From contig NW_008246153.1 in NCBI RefSeq assembly GCF_000281045.1, positions 104,246 through 168,245 of the forward strand: a stretch of 64,000 bases of DNA, read 5' to 3'. Below are positions 11,401 to 22,725 of this stretch, in pieces. The notes under the pieces are model-generated. The model worked only from the letters and a program-made list of their open reading frames with translations, did not search any database and was not told where the DNA came from. The DNA comes from Saprolegnia diclina VS20 (taxonomy: Eukaryota). Both the position numbers and the translations under genes were made by a program. Every line of letters begins with the position of its first letter. The stretch's first letter is position 1.

Positions 11401-12231
11401 GAGCAGCTCAATAAACGAGCAAAAGTCGGGCAGATCGGCAAAGAAACCAGCTTCTCGGAGCCGGTCGGCGTCGGCCTCAGGTAGCTCGTAGACATGCGCG
11501 CGCAGCGACGCGAGCGCGAGATCGAGGGCGACGTAGTGCATCGGAAGCGGCCACACGTCCGCTTCGGGCGGTACGATGAACCCGTCGGGCACATTGACGT
11601 GGCCGTGCAGACGCTGAAAGACGAGAAGCGCCTCGATCTGCTCCGACCACGCGACGAGCTGTGACATGGGCGCGCGCTTGCCTGGACGGTGCACGACGCA
11701 AAATGTCGTGTCGCAGCGCAGACGCCAAAGAAACCCTAGCGCGTCGAGGTCGCTTCGTTGCTGGACGACTTTGGGCGTGTAGACGTAGCTCTGGCAGCGC
11801 AGCGTGTTGACAGCGCGGCCGAGCGGGAAGCGCTGCAGGTGCCGCGGATACGAGTCAGGCACAACGTACGTCGTCGGCACCGCGAGGTCGCCGTGCTCTT
11901 CTCGGTACAAGCACAGCGCCTCGAGGCGATGCGCCCAGCTCGACTCTTGGCATTGCTGGACTCGCGGCGTCGTCCACTTGAATCCGAGGGCATCCAGCGT
12001 CGCCTTGTGCGCCGGATCAATCGCCGACTGCGTGCGAAGTGAGGCCACGCGCCGCCCAAGCTGGAGGCCTTGGGTGGCGGCCGGCCATGGCGCTGTCATC
12101 GGGACGTCAAAGTCGACGGGTACGTTGACATGATCATGCAGGTCGCGAAACGCTTGGAGCGCTTCCACGACAACTGGCCAGGGCGCCGGCGCGTCGCTGG
12201 CAGTCGCTTTGGCGTCGTCCGGTCCCGCCAT
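8416..12231 (-). CDS. Helicase-associated (HA) domain repeat protein, ~1270 aa, intronless
   Basis: About 10 repeats of the type ALxxF/YxxxHGHxxVPxxFxVP...WP..xxGLxLGxxVxxLR...LxALGFxW, typical of oomycete HA-repeat proteins. First in-frame ATG at 12231; the ORF-track start at 12255 is GTG. Confidence 0.85.
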   Translation of the reverse strand: MAGPDDAKATASDAPAPWPVVVEALQAFRDLHDHVNVPVDFDVPMTAPWPAATQGLQLGRRVASLRTQSAIDPAHKATLDALGFKWTTPRVQQCQESSWAHRLEALCLYREEHGDLAVPTTYVVPDSYPRHLQRFPLGRAVNTLRCQSYVYTPKVVQQRSDLDALGFLWRLRCDTTFCVVHRPGKRAPMSQLVAWSEQIEALLVFQRLHGHVNVPDGFIVPPEADVWPLPMHYVALDLALASLRAHVYELPEADADRLREAGFFADLPDFCSFIELLAIYRAEFGSCAVRIDFVVPRMGGPWINAWRGLALGDLAWSVGLKARALKAAQRDDLKRAGFVFNVDATWANILVGLEHYGAKAVTPSFVAPPTWPGDLAGLRLGHFVERMHTAKRLRLLPPATAATFATLTQTLRAPQLLWEPPHDATTRLQVLKQLRDIVRVVRDVHTVLPYDFVVPSSGSAWPPDSHGVPLGVRLRWFWQHKELSLPVCDELRALGVTVNDAPRRVAPKASAPTARAWTLQDKVRALAFYRHLHGTANMPLRFTVPTASPWPTPLRGLKLAAFLQSLHYHDRALDKKFEAQLQQLGFSSAEATSRCVKRATRGGLVVGTVSIATQVAALHAYQQLVRHVGTMPDDFAVPADDAAWPPGSSDIVLSRVILALRNHWFELRPNEDACVRALGLFADVPPFDDFVQLVSRLTSDGKTTVPLDFVVPSKWSTPWSGAPLGELAWSLGVLIKHLDYAKTQQLATIGFDFNTPATWAHILDGLRTYHSLYGLTDVPEAFVVPCIASWPEDMHGMRLGHWVQYLHSARELYLLPPDTIAAVDAIATGAEAPDTVPSGDNSAPPATVPAATTITDDAVSTEAGAQPEADQPSPVAVQPSGGAQPAAPASLALDTSPNEQSDHLVALDLWLRATPSPSESARLGTISRACPVVLRSVSVGAFLLELEVGRAFEHLQSTLDDRRFDRRARWAIKFQALTMFKALNGHLRVPRAFTISSDVVWPASLNGLRLGDVAFWLRRLTAADVVSTVATQLGAIGFEWDALPASASQSKHRASTVAPIVLSSLPAPNARPSVRGAPRAKAKAVAKDLDRIHAIRSEPIRATARVINICSPSDEDPGTKRDNSDRDAIGTGPVQPLPVGVRRRQDDPEPVASVRRRLAHGWVVPPRGPMAPLPMPVPLRSPYAPMAAPPHGPYAPMAAPRPLDAFPWRVCLDELRRYFIEHEHSNVPLEYVSESVPLGRLVRELRQGGAILTPPHLQELQALKFDWSISE

Positions 12232-12472
12232 CACCAGCCAAGAGCAATAAAACACATGCCAACGTCCTCACACTATTTATGGAAAAAAGGACAGCGATAC
12301 GATATACTGTGCACGTCGTTCGTTCGCAACTGAGATACATTCCCCAGCGAGCGGCCAAGACGACGCATATGCGACTGACTCAGAACGTAAGAGGGATCAA
12401 TTGACATCGGTTGATGGCTTGAGGGCGAATGAATGCTCTGGTTGCTCTGGTGGGCTTTGCCACTTTACTGCC

Positions 12473-12506
12473 GACAACTGGATAATCGTTGGTCGTCCGG
12501 ATATGA
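12473..12506 (+). repeat. Imperfect 34-bp direct repeat, copy 1
   Basis: gacaactggataatcgttggtcgtccggatatga matches 12844-12877 at 30/34 positions and contains TCCGGATA. Confidence 0.85.
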
Positions 12507-12665
12507 CCTTGGCGCCAAAAGCGGTTTCGACCGTCAATCGCAAGAGCCAACGAGACCTTTCAATGTGAGCCCTGTCCGAGCAGTGCTCCAAAGCGAATCG
12601 TGTACCGACCAATACTGCCGCCTGACGGCAACTCACCGTCGATCGCGTTTAGCTTTCTCGCGATT

Positions 12666-12827
12666 GCGAGGTGTGGCTCAGCTCCCAGAACCGCAACTAC
12701 CGCAAGCGCATCGGGAAGGGCTCGATCTCGCACCTCGCGTCGGCTATCACGGTCGCGGCCTCGAGCTTTAGCATGACGATCACGGATGCGACGCCATTTT
12801 TGGCCAAGATCGACCAGGCCCGGTTCC
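12666..12827 (+). pseudogene. Inverted 162-bp duplicate of part of the aconitase-family gene (1509-1670)
   Basis: Reverse complement of 1509-1670 with 5 substitutions; encodes [53 protein letters not shown]. Confidence 0.95.
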
Positions 12828-12843
12828 TGCGATGGGATTGTCT

Positions 12844-12877
12844 GACAACTGGACGATCATTGGTTGTCCGGATATGA
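12844..12877 (+). repeat. Imperfect 34-bp direct repeat, copy 2
   Basis: gacaactggacgatcattggttgtccggatatga; contains ATTGG (reverse CCAAT) and TCCGGATA. Confidence 0.85.
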
Positions 12878-13074
12878 TCCTTGATTCGCGCCATCGCGAA
12901 CGTCAAAGTGGACTCCAGCGACTTTTTCAAGCACACCGCAAGAACTCTTGTTGCCATCTACGACGGCGCAGAAGGTCGCTCAGCCTCCAAAGTCGTCGTG
13001 CTGGACGACCAACTATGAACCCTGCAGTGCCCAGGGGTAGGTTCATATCGCGATTAGGGCTATCGAGGCCAGGA

Positions 13075-14715
13075 CTAGGCATCCTTCTTGAGCCGCTCGT
13101 ACGCAGCGAGGGCTTGCGCTCGCATATGCGCATCTTCTTTGGCACGCGCGCGGTGCCATGCTGCGGCTGCCGCGAGCAAAATGAGCGTGACACCGGCTAC
13201 CACGCCGAGGCCAGCGTCCACGACAAAGCGGTACGCGTGGTACGGGTACCCAGTGAGGCCCAGCGCAATGCCCTTCTCCGCGCCTATGCATAAATAGCTA
13301 TCGACACGCAGTCGGCATCGATGACCACGCACCCGATACAATGCGGGCGAGGTGCGCGTGGAGGCTCTCGGGCGTGATGGCCCCGCTCGGCGCTTCGTAA
13401 AACACGTTGGACTAGTAAAGACACCATCTCTTCCTCTGCCTCAATGCCACCGGCAGAGACGTACGTGCAGGTTCCAGACAAAGTACGTCGGGAACGTCGT
13501 GACGTAGAAGCGCTGAACGTAGGCGCGAAACTTGGTCGCTTCGAGGTACCCAAACGCAATGTCTCCGGTCGCTTGCGACGCGACCGTCGATGCGAGCTGC
13601 AGAAAGGTCGTGTCGGTCGCGTCCTTGACGCACGCGACCACGAGAAGAGCGTGGGCCTTCCCGATCGCCATGAGGTTCTCCCGCCCGAGTGCCACAAACT
13701 TGGGATAACCGTGCTTGAGCAGCCACTAGGATCCGCGTGTGAGGTTGCTGCAACGATGAACAATAGTGTTCATAATAGAAGATAATAGTGTGCATAATAC
13801 CGTGTCCAAGGGTAGCGTCGTGGCATCGTAAAGCGCCACGTCACCCGTTGCGTCGACGCGCGCGACAAACGACCCCGACGAGGGCAGTCTACGTCGATGC
13901 AGTTGATACAAACTTGATACAAATCGGTGGCGAAGGCAGCATACGTGGCAAAATAGGGGGAGGCAGCAAGTGACGCAAGGTCGCGCAGCTCGAGAAAGAG
14001 CTAGTTGCAAGGTGCAGTGGCGTCCGAGATGCGAGGAGCGACGTACGTGTTGGCCGCGGAGGGCCGTCGCGGCGCTGTAGTACGCTGGTTGCAGCTTGGC
14101 ACCGACAGCGTCCGATGCCTACACGTGTCGTTTACAACGATAGAAGGCGGTGAGGACAGTGGTGGAGCCGAGTACGTGGACGAAAACCAGCGCGGACGCT
14201 TCGGTGGTCAGAAGCGCGTCGACGTCGCCAGCCGTCGCGACCGTCTTGACGGGCGTCCCCGAGACGCGCCGGCCAAGCGCCAAGAAGGCGTCCACGGAGC
14301 GTTCACCCTTGTACGGGCTCCACACGCCGCTGGGGTCGCGCACGAGCAGCGTCGGGTACCGCTCGATCGCAAACTGGCCTTCAAGGCGCGGGTTCACGGT
14401 GATATCGACTTTGCCTGCAGGAGGCATGAGCGACGCCAACATCACACATGCGCGATGATCGCACCGATGCGCAAGAGGCCGTCCGTGGCGTCGGCGGTGT
14501 CGACGAGGACCGGATCGAGGAGCTGGCACGAGTGGCACCAGGGCTACCGCTCTATGATACCTCTGACGTGGCAGGCTGGAACGACGCACCGCGTAAAAGT
14601 CGACGAGCCACGCATCGGACGAGTCTTCAACGGTAGCGCCAAAGCTCGCATCAGTAAGGACGTGGACGCTTGCGGCGACGCCGACGATCGCCAGCAGCAG
14701 CACGCGGAGCAGCAT
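13075..14715 (-). CDS. ER membrane thioredoxin/PDI-family protein (TMX-like), multi-exon
   Basis: Signal peptide MLLRVLLLAIVGVAA; WLVDFYA|PWCHSC active site; GKVDIT...IERYPTL; later Trx-like segment (FYVTTFPTYFVW); C-terminal TM helix (GLGVVAGVTLILLAAAAAW) and KKDA* dilysine ER-retrieval end. Confidence 0.8.
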
Positions 14716-14732
14716 CTCTGGGCTGTCGGCGG

Positions 14733-14779
14733 TATCCGGATTTGAATCCGGATATCACTGCATTCGGCATGTGCCGAAT
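14733..14779. promoter_or_regulatory. Compact bidirectional promoter with two adjacent inverted repeats
   Basis: TATCCGGATT-tg-AATCCGGATA (14733-14754) and ATTCGGCA-tg-TGCCGAAT (14762-14779), between divergent ATGs at 14715 (-) and 14814 (+). Confidence 0.65.
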
Positions 14780-14813
14780 TTTAGCATGCAGTGTAACCGT
14801 GACCGAGGAGGCG

Positions 14814-17800
14814 ATGATCGGGTTCTTCCGCGGGTGTGGGTCCATCTCCCCGCGCAAGGTGGCGGTCGAAGCGTCGGCGACGGCTGCGGCGACCGGGAAG
14901 CCTTCGCCGATCAAGCCGTCGGAGCAAGCGCCGGCGAAGCCACCGACGCCGCTGAAGCCGCCGACGCCCAAGACGCCGGGCGAAGTGACCAAGGAGGCTG
15001 CGAACCTCGACATGTTTGGTGCTGACAGCGACGAGAGCGACGACGAGGCTGCGCTCGAGCGCTACGACCGCAAGGAGATCGACAAGGCGTCCGAGGCGAC
15101 GCAGGAAGAGTACAACAAGCGCAACGTGGCGCTGCTCCTCTCCAAGGTGCTGCACGTGCATGGACCTTCTCTCATCACGTCCTTGCATAGATGACACCCG
15201 AAGAGCTCTTCAAGAGATTCGACGAAGATCACTCGGGTTTAATCTCGGTCGACGAGTTCCTTGCCATGGTAGCTCCATGAACGTAGCGCAAATAGCGACG
15301 CTAGTTGTAGCTGCCGCAGTTGAACATCAGCGTGAGCAAGCCCAAGGGTCTGCGCATCTTCCGCGCGTGCGACAAGGACGGCAGTGGCGAGATCGACTTG
15401 GAGGAGTTCAAGATGGCACTCTTCGCCGTGGACCCGACCTCGGGGAATACCCTCCAGTATACCTCCGCCGTAGGACGTATACCCACGGTTATAACGTGTT
15501 ATGTAGGTTCACGCCATCGTCGCTCTTGTCACCGAAAGACGCCTTCTCGCTGTTTGACGAAAATGGCAGCGGTCAGATCGACGAGCTCGAGTTCGCCGAC
15601 GTCGTCGAGTACTTCAACATCAACGCCGACGACGCCAAGCAGGAAAAGCTGTTCAAAAAGTACGACAAGGACAAGAGCGGCTACATTGACGTACGTCCTG
15701 CCTCCTTGAGCACTGGGTTTTGTACGATTCGGCATCTAGTTTGAAGAGTTCCGCGCCATGTGGCTGCAGTGCATTGACGTCGAGGCCGAGCTCCGCGCGC
15801 GCAAGATCGACATACCCAAGTACGCGACGCGCGCCAAGCTCATGACGATGCTCGAAGTCGTGCTGCTCGAAGAAGAGCACAATGAGGCCCAAGTGCTCTT
15901 GGAAGCCAAGTGGTACCACCACTGGCAACTCGAGAAGATCCGCCGGTCGACGCTCGCGGCCAAAGCAATGTTGCGCGCGCAAGACGAACTGGCGGCGGCG
16001 CTCGACGCGGCGGGACAAGTGTACGTCCTCGGCACGGGCCAATATGGTAGAAACCGAAATGACTCGAGAGGAATTCTCAAAAAGCAACTCTAGATCAGTT
16101 TACGGGCGCCCCCGCGACACGCGACCCGCTGCTCTATGACGGCTACAAGAGCGTCAGTGCGATCTGGTGCGGGATATACTGCACACAGTCCATCGTGGAG
16201 AGCACTGTCGTAGGGAAGCTCGCGTCCAGCCGACGTACGTCCCACCAGCCGTAAAACTCAAGACCATCGACCCGACGAGCGCCAATGTACAAACCGGCGA
16301 CACGATTGTCGTACCAAAAACAGAGCGCAAGCCGGTGCCGAGTCCCGAGAAGATCCCATTTGTGCGGCGGCGGCCCGAAAACGCGGGCTGGGTCGACACG
16401 AGTCCGCCCAAGTTGGACCGGTTGCTGTGGCAGCCAAAGCCAAAAGAGACGGTGCTCGAGACACCGGACGAGTCGAGCGTCAGTGAGATCGAGACGGACG
16501 ACGAGCTTCTGACAAAATTCCTCGACGACCGCCAGTACGTGCGCAGTCTGCGCTTCCAATCGATTCACCCAATGCCCAACACGGGCTGGCTCTGGGGCCG
16601 CCAAGTGACCCATGTACGTTGTTATTCAGTATGGGCACGGTCACATCTGCGCTAGGCAACGATCACAGACAGCATCGCGTACGCCATGACGGCGTCCGGT
16701 CAAATCTACTGTTGGGGTACGTTTAACTCGCTTTTAGACGCATTTCTATTGTCTCCTAGGCGGCCAAAACAAGTGGTGGAAGGGACTCGCGGCCGAGACT
16801 CGCAACCCTCATGATGACGACGACGACGACGATACTTTTGACGACGAGCTGGCGCGGCAACGGCAGCACGAAAAGCAAATTGCCGCTGCCCGGCAACTCA
16901 CGGCGCGGTCCGAGCTGCAGAAAATGGCTTCCCCCAAACACGTACGAGTTACGTGTTGGTGCTAGTGCAAGCACTGGATGCTAGGTCGCGGCGGCTGTCG
17001 CGCTCGAAGTCGAAGTCCAGCGCCAAAACGCCGCCGAACTTAAGTACCGCCAAGACAAGGAGGTCAACGCCTATGAAAAGTACGTTTATGCACTACTCCA
17101 AAGTGCAAGCGTGTCTAGGTACAAGCGCGTGGTGGTTTACTTTGGGCATTGGGAGCCGCCGCCAAGTGCATCAACACGGGTTCTCTTTCTGCATCAAGTG
17201 CTGTTGCCCAAAGTCAGCATCGCCGAAGTCAAGGCCTCGCTGACGGTACTGTCGCCTTCGCGCAGCAAAGACGAATATGGTCGTAGAACCGAGGATTTGC
17301 GATTGATCGTGTCACAAAGCTCGAGATGATCGACCTCTTTAGCGACTGCCTGGACATTGAGGCAGGATCGTGTTGGCAATGCAGCGTGATGCCACTTTGC
17401 ATAGAACGAACTGTGCAGTGAAGAGCAGCGCCGGGGGTTTATGGAGTCGGATTTCCATATTCAAGTGCGTTGCGACCGAAGACGTTCGACATCATAAAGA
17501 CCTTTGTAGGAAGCCGAGCAAGTCCAGCTCAAGCCCAAGCAAGCCGCGCAGCTTGTACGACCTCAACACATTGTCCGCATCTCACAATAAATGATGCTAG
17601 CTTCTGGACAAGGCCAAGCTGCTTGAAGACGTACGAGATTCCTACGCAGATTCTCAAAACAACGCTGGCTAGTATGCCATGTACCGAGAGCAGCAGGCGC
17701 GCCTTCACGAGCTGCGCATCGAAGAAGAGAAACGCGCCAACCTCGACTTTGCCCTTCGTCGGGTACCCTCGACTGTCCTTTTGATGATGGCTGCTTCAAT

Positions 17801-20507
17801 GGCGAGCGCAGGAAGCAGCGTTTGAAGACTCGGTAGCCCACCACCGTATCCAACTCGAAGACGTCGTGCCAGAGTACACGCCCCGTCACACATCGCTCGT
17901 GGTCGATCTCAACGGCGTCACGTCGCGGTAAGTAGCTTCTCGACTCTGTCCTTCGAGACCTTGCGCGGTGAGTAGGGGCCCTCCGTTGCATGCCAACCGC
18001 GGCGCGGCGGTGCGTCTACCAAGCCGCGTGTGTCGATATAGGGTCATTATAGGCAGCGTGGCGCTTGGCCGCCGGCGAGTCGTACGCGTGTGTCGTGACG
18101 CACGCCGGGTACGTCTTTTCCGCATGCGCCTACCGTGACGACCGGGTTAGCGCGCTCTATACGTGGGGCGTTGGCATTCACGGTCGCCTTGGCCACGGAA
18201 AGAACCTCGAGGGCGTCGTCAACTCGGACGCCGACCACCCGACGCGCGTTCTCGCACTTCAAGTACGCGCCACTGCAAGTCCTCGCCTACGAATGGATTT
18301 GCTGCTAGTCGGTCTTTGTCAAAGAGGTGGCGTGCGCGTTTGACCACAGCGCTGCCATCAGCGTCGACGGCCACGTGTACGTCTGGGGCTCGGCGGCCAC
18401 CGGGAAGCTCGGTATCGGTGCACTGGACGACAAGTACGAGCAGTTTGCGCTCTACCCGATGCTCGTCAAGATCCCCAACCAACGTCGCATCCGGTGCGAG
18501 ATCTTTGGATCGGTCATGCTCACACAGGGCCTCGTAGGCAAGTGTCGTGTGGCCGCGCACACACGGGCGCAGTGAGCACACAAGGCGAGCTCTTTATGTG
18601 GGGCTGTGCGAACGGTGGGCGCCTTGGCTTTGGCGAGTTTGTTTTGGACCAAGTCGTCGTGCCCACGTACGTCAAGGCGCTCGCCCACGTCCGCATCGCA
18701 CAGGTGCAAGCTCTAGCCACTTCACTTGCGTGACGTCGTGAAGTAGGTGTCGTGCGGCAACACCCACTCGGCATTTTGCACGGAGATTTGCTCGGAGATC
18801 ACTGCCAGCATCGAAACCATTTCGGGTACATGATCTTGTTCCGCATGGTGTCACTGCACGGTGCTAGGCGGCGAGATTTACGTCTGCGGCAGTGCCGGGC
18901 CGCTCATGCACTACACGCCGTCGTGGTCGCTGCTCCAGTCGATCTGTGGTACGCCCATGCGCCAAGTTGCTTGCGGGTTTGGGCACACGGCTGCGGTTTC
19001 GATGGACGGCGAGCTTTACACGTGGGGGCAGAACGCCAAGGCATGCACGGGGCATTCAAAAGAGGTTGGCATGCCTCGTGAATCGAAGAGTCAGTAGCAT
19101 ATGTAGCGGCGGGTCGTCCCCGAGCCCGAGCTCCTTCGCGCGTTTCACGTCGCGCCCTTCAACCTTGCTTTGCACAAGCGCTGTCGCCAAAGCAGTATTT
19201 TTAACGAGCAGAATGCCAACTGCGCCGTGAACGGCAACCGCAGCGGCCGGCTCCACGCCTGCACGCACACCCAGGTAGGCTGACCCAACCCTATGGGCAC
19301 CACACTTTATGGTACGTAGTTTGACGACTGTCCGTGGTGGGAAGTCGACTTGGGCCAGCCTGCTGTGATTAGTCGCATTCAAGTACGTGATGCAATTGGA
19401 TCTGAATCTGAATCTGAATCTGAAATGGCAGGTCTGGAATCGGACGGACGAGCCGATTGATATTTCACACCCGAGAGACGAGTACACACGCCGGCTCTTT
19501 CCGTTTTGGATCCTTGTGAGCGAAGTGCCCTTACCCGACGGCAGCGGCAAGGAAGTGTACGCGCTGCATTGCACAGACTTGATGTTTGAGTCATCGCAGG
19601 CTCAAGGCCGGTCGCGACCTCTCGAACGAAGCCAAGGAGTTTACGCAAAACCAGCGCCTCACGCAGTGGATTCTTCCGACGTCCGAGTCGGTGGGCCGGT
19701 ACTGTGTTTCTGTCGTTGCGACAGAGCGACATGGACTTAGTTATGTTCGTATTCACGTGCGCGGTCGCACCTACATGCATTTGGCCGAGGTTTGACCCCT
19801 CGAGATCGCGCATGTCTTCACCTGTGCAGGTTGAGGTCTTTGGCGTCTATCACGCGCTCAACTACGTTGGTCAAGTGTCGTCCGTGCACTGCGCCAAGAA
19901 CGTGACACTCGTTGTCATGCGTCCAATCGCCAAATCGACGTGCGCTCCTCAGGGGCAGGGTTATGAAAGTGACGGTGAACTAGCGTGTTGCACGACCACT
20001 ACATCAAGGCGGTCCAAGCCGATCCGGACAACGCCACGATCCTGCGGCAGTACGAAGCTTACGTCAAGTGCTTTCACCTGTACACTCTTCACGATACTTC
20101 GCCATCCTTCCCACCTGTGCCATAAGGTACGGTCGGGGTGAACCATTGAGCAAGCTGCCGTGTCGCCTCTGCCGTGCCACGCGCAAGTGCGAGATTTGCG
20201 AGTACTTTGACAGTTCACCGTCCGCCGACATGCCGCTGACGCCGCTTGGCGGGAAGCTCGGGCTCAAGGTCCGAAACATAGTCCTCCATGACATCTGAAG
20301 GAGCGTGTAGGAGGCCGCCGAGGTGATTCTGAGCCGCGAGCCGCCACGGCCTGCGTACGAGCCCTTTGTGGCGCCCGTGCGAGAAACCATTGTACGTTTA
20401 CAGCTGCGCACTACTCTGTAGCTACCTTTTAGACGGACAAGATCAGCAAGGTCATGCAGCTGTCGCCCACCAAGCTGCGTCTTCGGCAAAGCAGCACCAA
20501 CTCCTAA
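14814..20507 (+). CDS. EF-hand + RCC1-repeat + F5/8-type (fucolectin-like) domain protein, many exons
   Basis: EF-hands DEDHSG, DKDGSGEIDLEEF, DENGSGQIDELEF, DKDKSGYID. RCC1 repeats LYTWGVGIHGRLGHG, VYVWGSAATGKLG, VSCGRAHTGAV..GELFMWG, VACGFGHTAAV..DGELYTWGQN. C-terminal CRQSSIFN...CTHTQ...WWEVDLG...VWNRTD...LAEVEVFG. Confidence 0.75.
19400..19424 (+). repeat. (TCTGAA)4 microsatellite inside an intron
   Basis: atctgaatctgaatctgaatctgaa seen directly. Confidence 0.85.
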
Positions 20508-20540
20508 CGCGAGGCGATGCGACTTGTCTATTTGAGTACA

Positions 20541-22517
20541 CTAGGGTCGATCTTCGGCCCGCGGGGTGTCGAAGCGCAGTTCGGCGAGCTCTTGCCCAAA
20601 GTCGAGACGGCGCGCCGTAAGCGACCGTCGACTTGACATACTTCGCGCCGTGCTAGGTAGGGAGGCGCCCGAGAGCCGGCGTGGCACGGTCGGAACCGCA
20701 TGGTGGACAGCGTCGTCTTGGATATGGCGCTGCGTCGAGGGCTGTCGTAGAATCGGCAACTGCCGCGACGACCCCGTGAGTTTGCTACTTCGTATCAGAC
20801 CGTATGACAGAGACAGCGAGGGTGTACTTGGCAGCGATGAGCAATTTGGTCTTGCGCTTGAGACGTCGGTAGAGCTGCAGCGGGGTGATGGCCGACTCGA
20901 CGCAAGCGGGTGTGAGTGTGATCAAGTGGCGCTCGCTCTTGGGGTACTGGGTCTGGAAACGCGAGGCTAGCCACGGGTGGTTCTACGCATCATCGTAGTC
21001 GCCTCTTGTCGCCTCCACGCCTCGCTACCCGAATGTCTTGGGTCGTCAGACGCTCGGCCGGGTCCTTGTTCAAGATCTGAACACGTGTGAGCACGAGCGA
21101 TGATGGTGAGGTGCCTACGCCTCGAAGCAGATCAATCACGTCTGGGTTCACGGGTGTCTCCTGGACCAGCGTCGCGAATGTGATCGGGTCGCTCTGGCAC
21201 AGTAATGAGCTGCCTTCAATGCCACCGGACGTACCTTGATCTTCTCGTAGAGAAGCTGCGGCGTCTCGGCCTCGAACGGCAAGTGGCCATAGACAAAGAG
21301 GTAGAGCGTGACGCCGCACGCCCACACATCGATCGGCTACAAGGCAACGGTTTGCGTCCCACAAATGAAAAAAGCGAGTCGTACGAGGCCCTTGTACTCG
21401 TCCCCCGTGAGCATCTCGGGGGCTAAAGATAAGATAGAACGCGACATCCCGTGCGTCGTACTACCTAGGAACGGGCCCGTGCCGACGGTCTGGCGGAAGC
21501 AGTCGTCTTCGTCTTCAATGACCTAAACTTCCACTTCCATCCAGTGTAGTAGGTAAGGCACTCATACCTGGGACTGGCCAAAGTCGGTGATCTTGACTAT
21601 ACCGTCGGCGCTGTACAGGAGGTTGCCAGGCTTGATATCCCGATGGATGATCTAATGTCGCGCGTGTGACGCTGCCACGTCATCGTGGCGACTACTTTGT
21701 GAAAATGGAGAAACTCGAGGCCTTCAATCTAAGAAGTGATCGTGAGCACCGACGCGTTCTGTCACCACCGAGCGTACGAGCTGACAAAAGCAATCTCTTG
21801 CAACGTCTTCGTGCAGCGGCGTGCAGCGTCTAGTCACATCCATCACTCGCTCTGGACTCAACGCTGGCACGGTACGCTTCGCCGTCAATGATGGACTTGC
21901 CCTCGATGAGTTCGCTGACCAAGTAAATCTTGTCGGCCTCTACGCAGTACGTAGGTTGGAACTGCGTCCGGGTGATCGCGTACCTGGGTCGTCAATGACT
22001 TCGCGCAGGCGCACAATGTTGGGGTGGTGGAGCTTTTTCCAAATCGCCGATTCCTTGCGAATGTGGTCGAGGCCGTCGCTTCGCGGCGCGCGGGGGCCGC
22101 GCAGCATCAATTTTTTGGCTTTCTAGTGGCAGGTGTTGCCACGTTGAAGCTAGTGTAGTGTCGACCTTTTTGTGGATGATTTTGACGGCAAAATAGCGGT
22201 TCTTCTCGGGCCAAAAAGCTTTCCGGACCTTGCCGTACGCGCCTTTCCCGATCACGTCGTAGAGAATACTACGCAGCCCATGGAGCTACACTGTCGTTGC
22301 AGCGAACGTACTATTGGTTGAGCTGCTTGTGGCCGCACGCATCGGTCGTCTTGTGCACACTGTTGGTCTCGAAGAAGGACGAGTGGCGGCCGTCGTGGTG
22401 GGTTAAGAACGGGACCGCGATCGGCGGAATGCTCGTCGCCTTGAGCTCGCCGTCCACGTGGTGTTCATGGAGCGTGTCAAGCGCGGTTTTGCTCGACTGC
22501 GTCGGCAGCAGGTCCAT
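20541..22517 (-). CDS. Ser/Thr kinase, CAMKK/SAK1/GRIK-like, multi-exon
   Basis: IGKGAYGKVRK, FAVKII, IAIWKKLHHPNIVRLREVIDDP, IIHRDIKPGNLL, VKITDFG, QTVGTGPFL|APEM, DVWACGVTLYLFVYGHLPF. Confidence 0.85.
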
Positions 22518-22725
22518 GGACTTCCCACTGTCGCGCTAGGAACTGAGTCGCTCGAGTTATTTCGAGCGTCGTGTATATATTTAGGCTCCAGCCGTTGGAC
22601 GACAGGCGACTTGGTCGTGTGTCAACTTTGTAAATCTGAATGATTACTACGGCGTTACATGAACGAATGTGTATATAAGATTAAGTACTATACTAGTATA
22701 TAGGTATAGGGTCGCGACCTGGATC

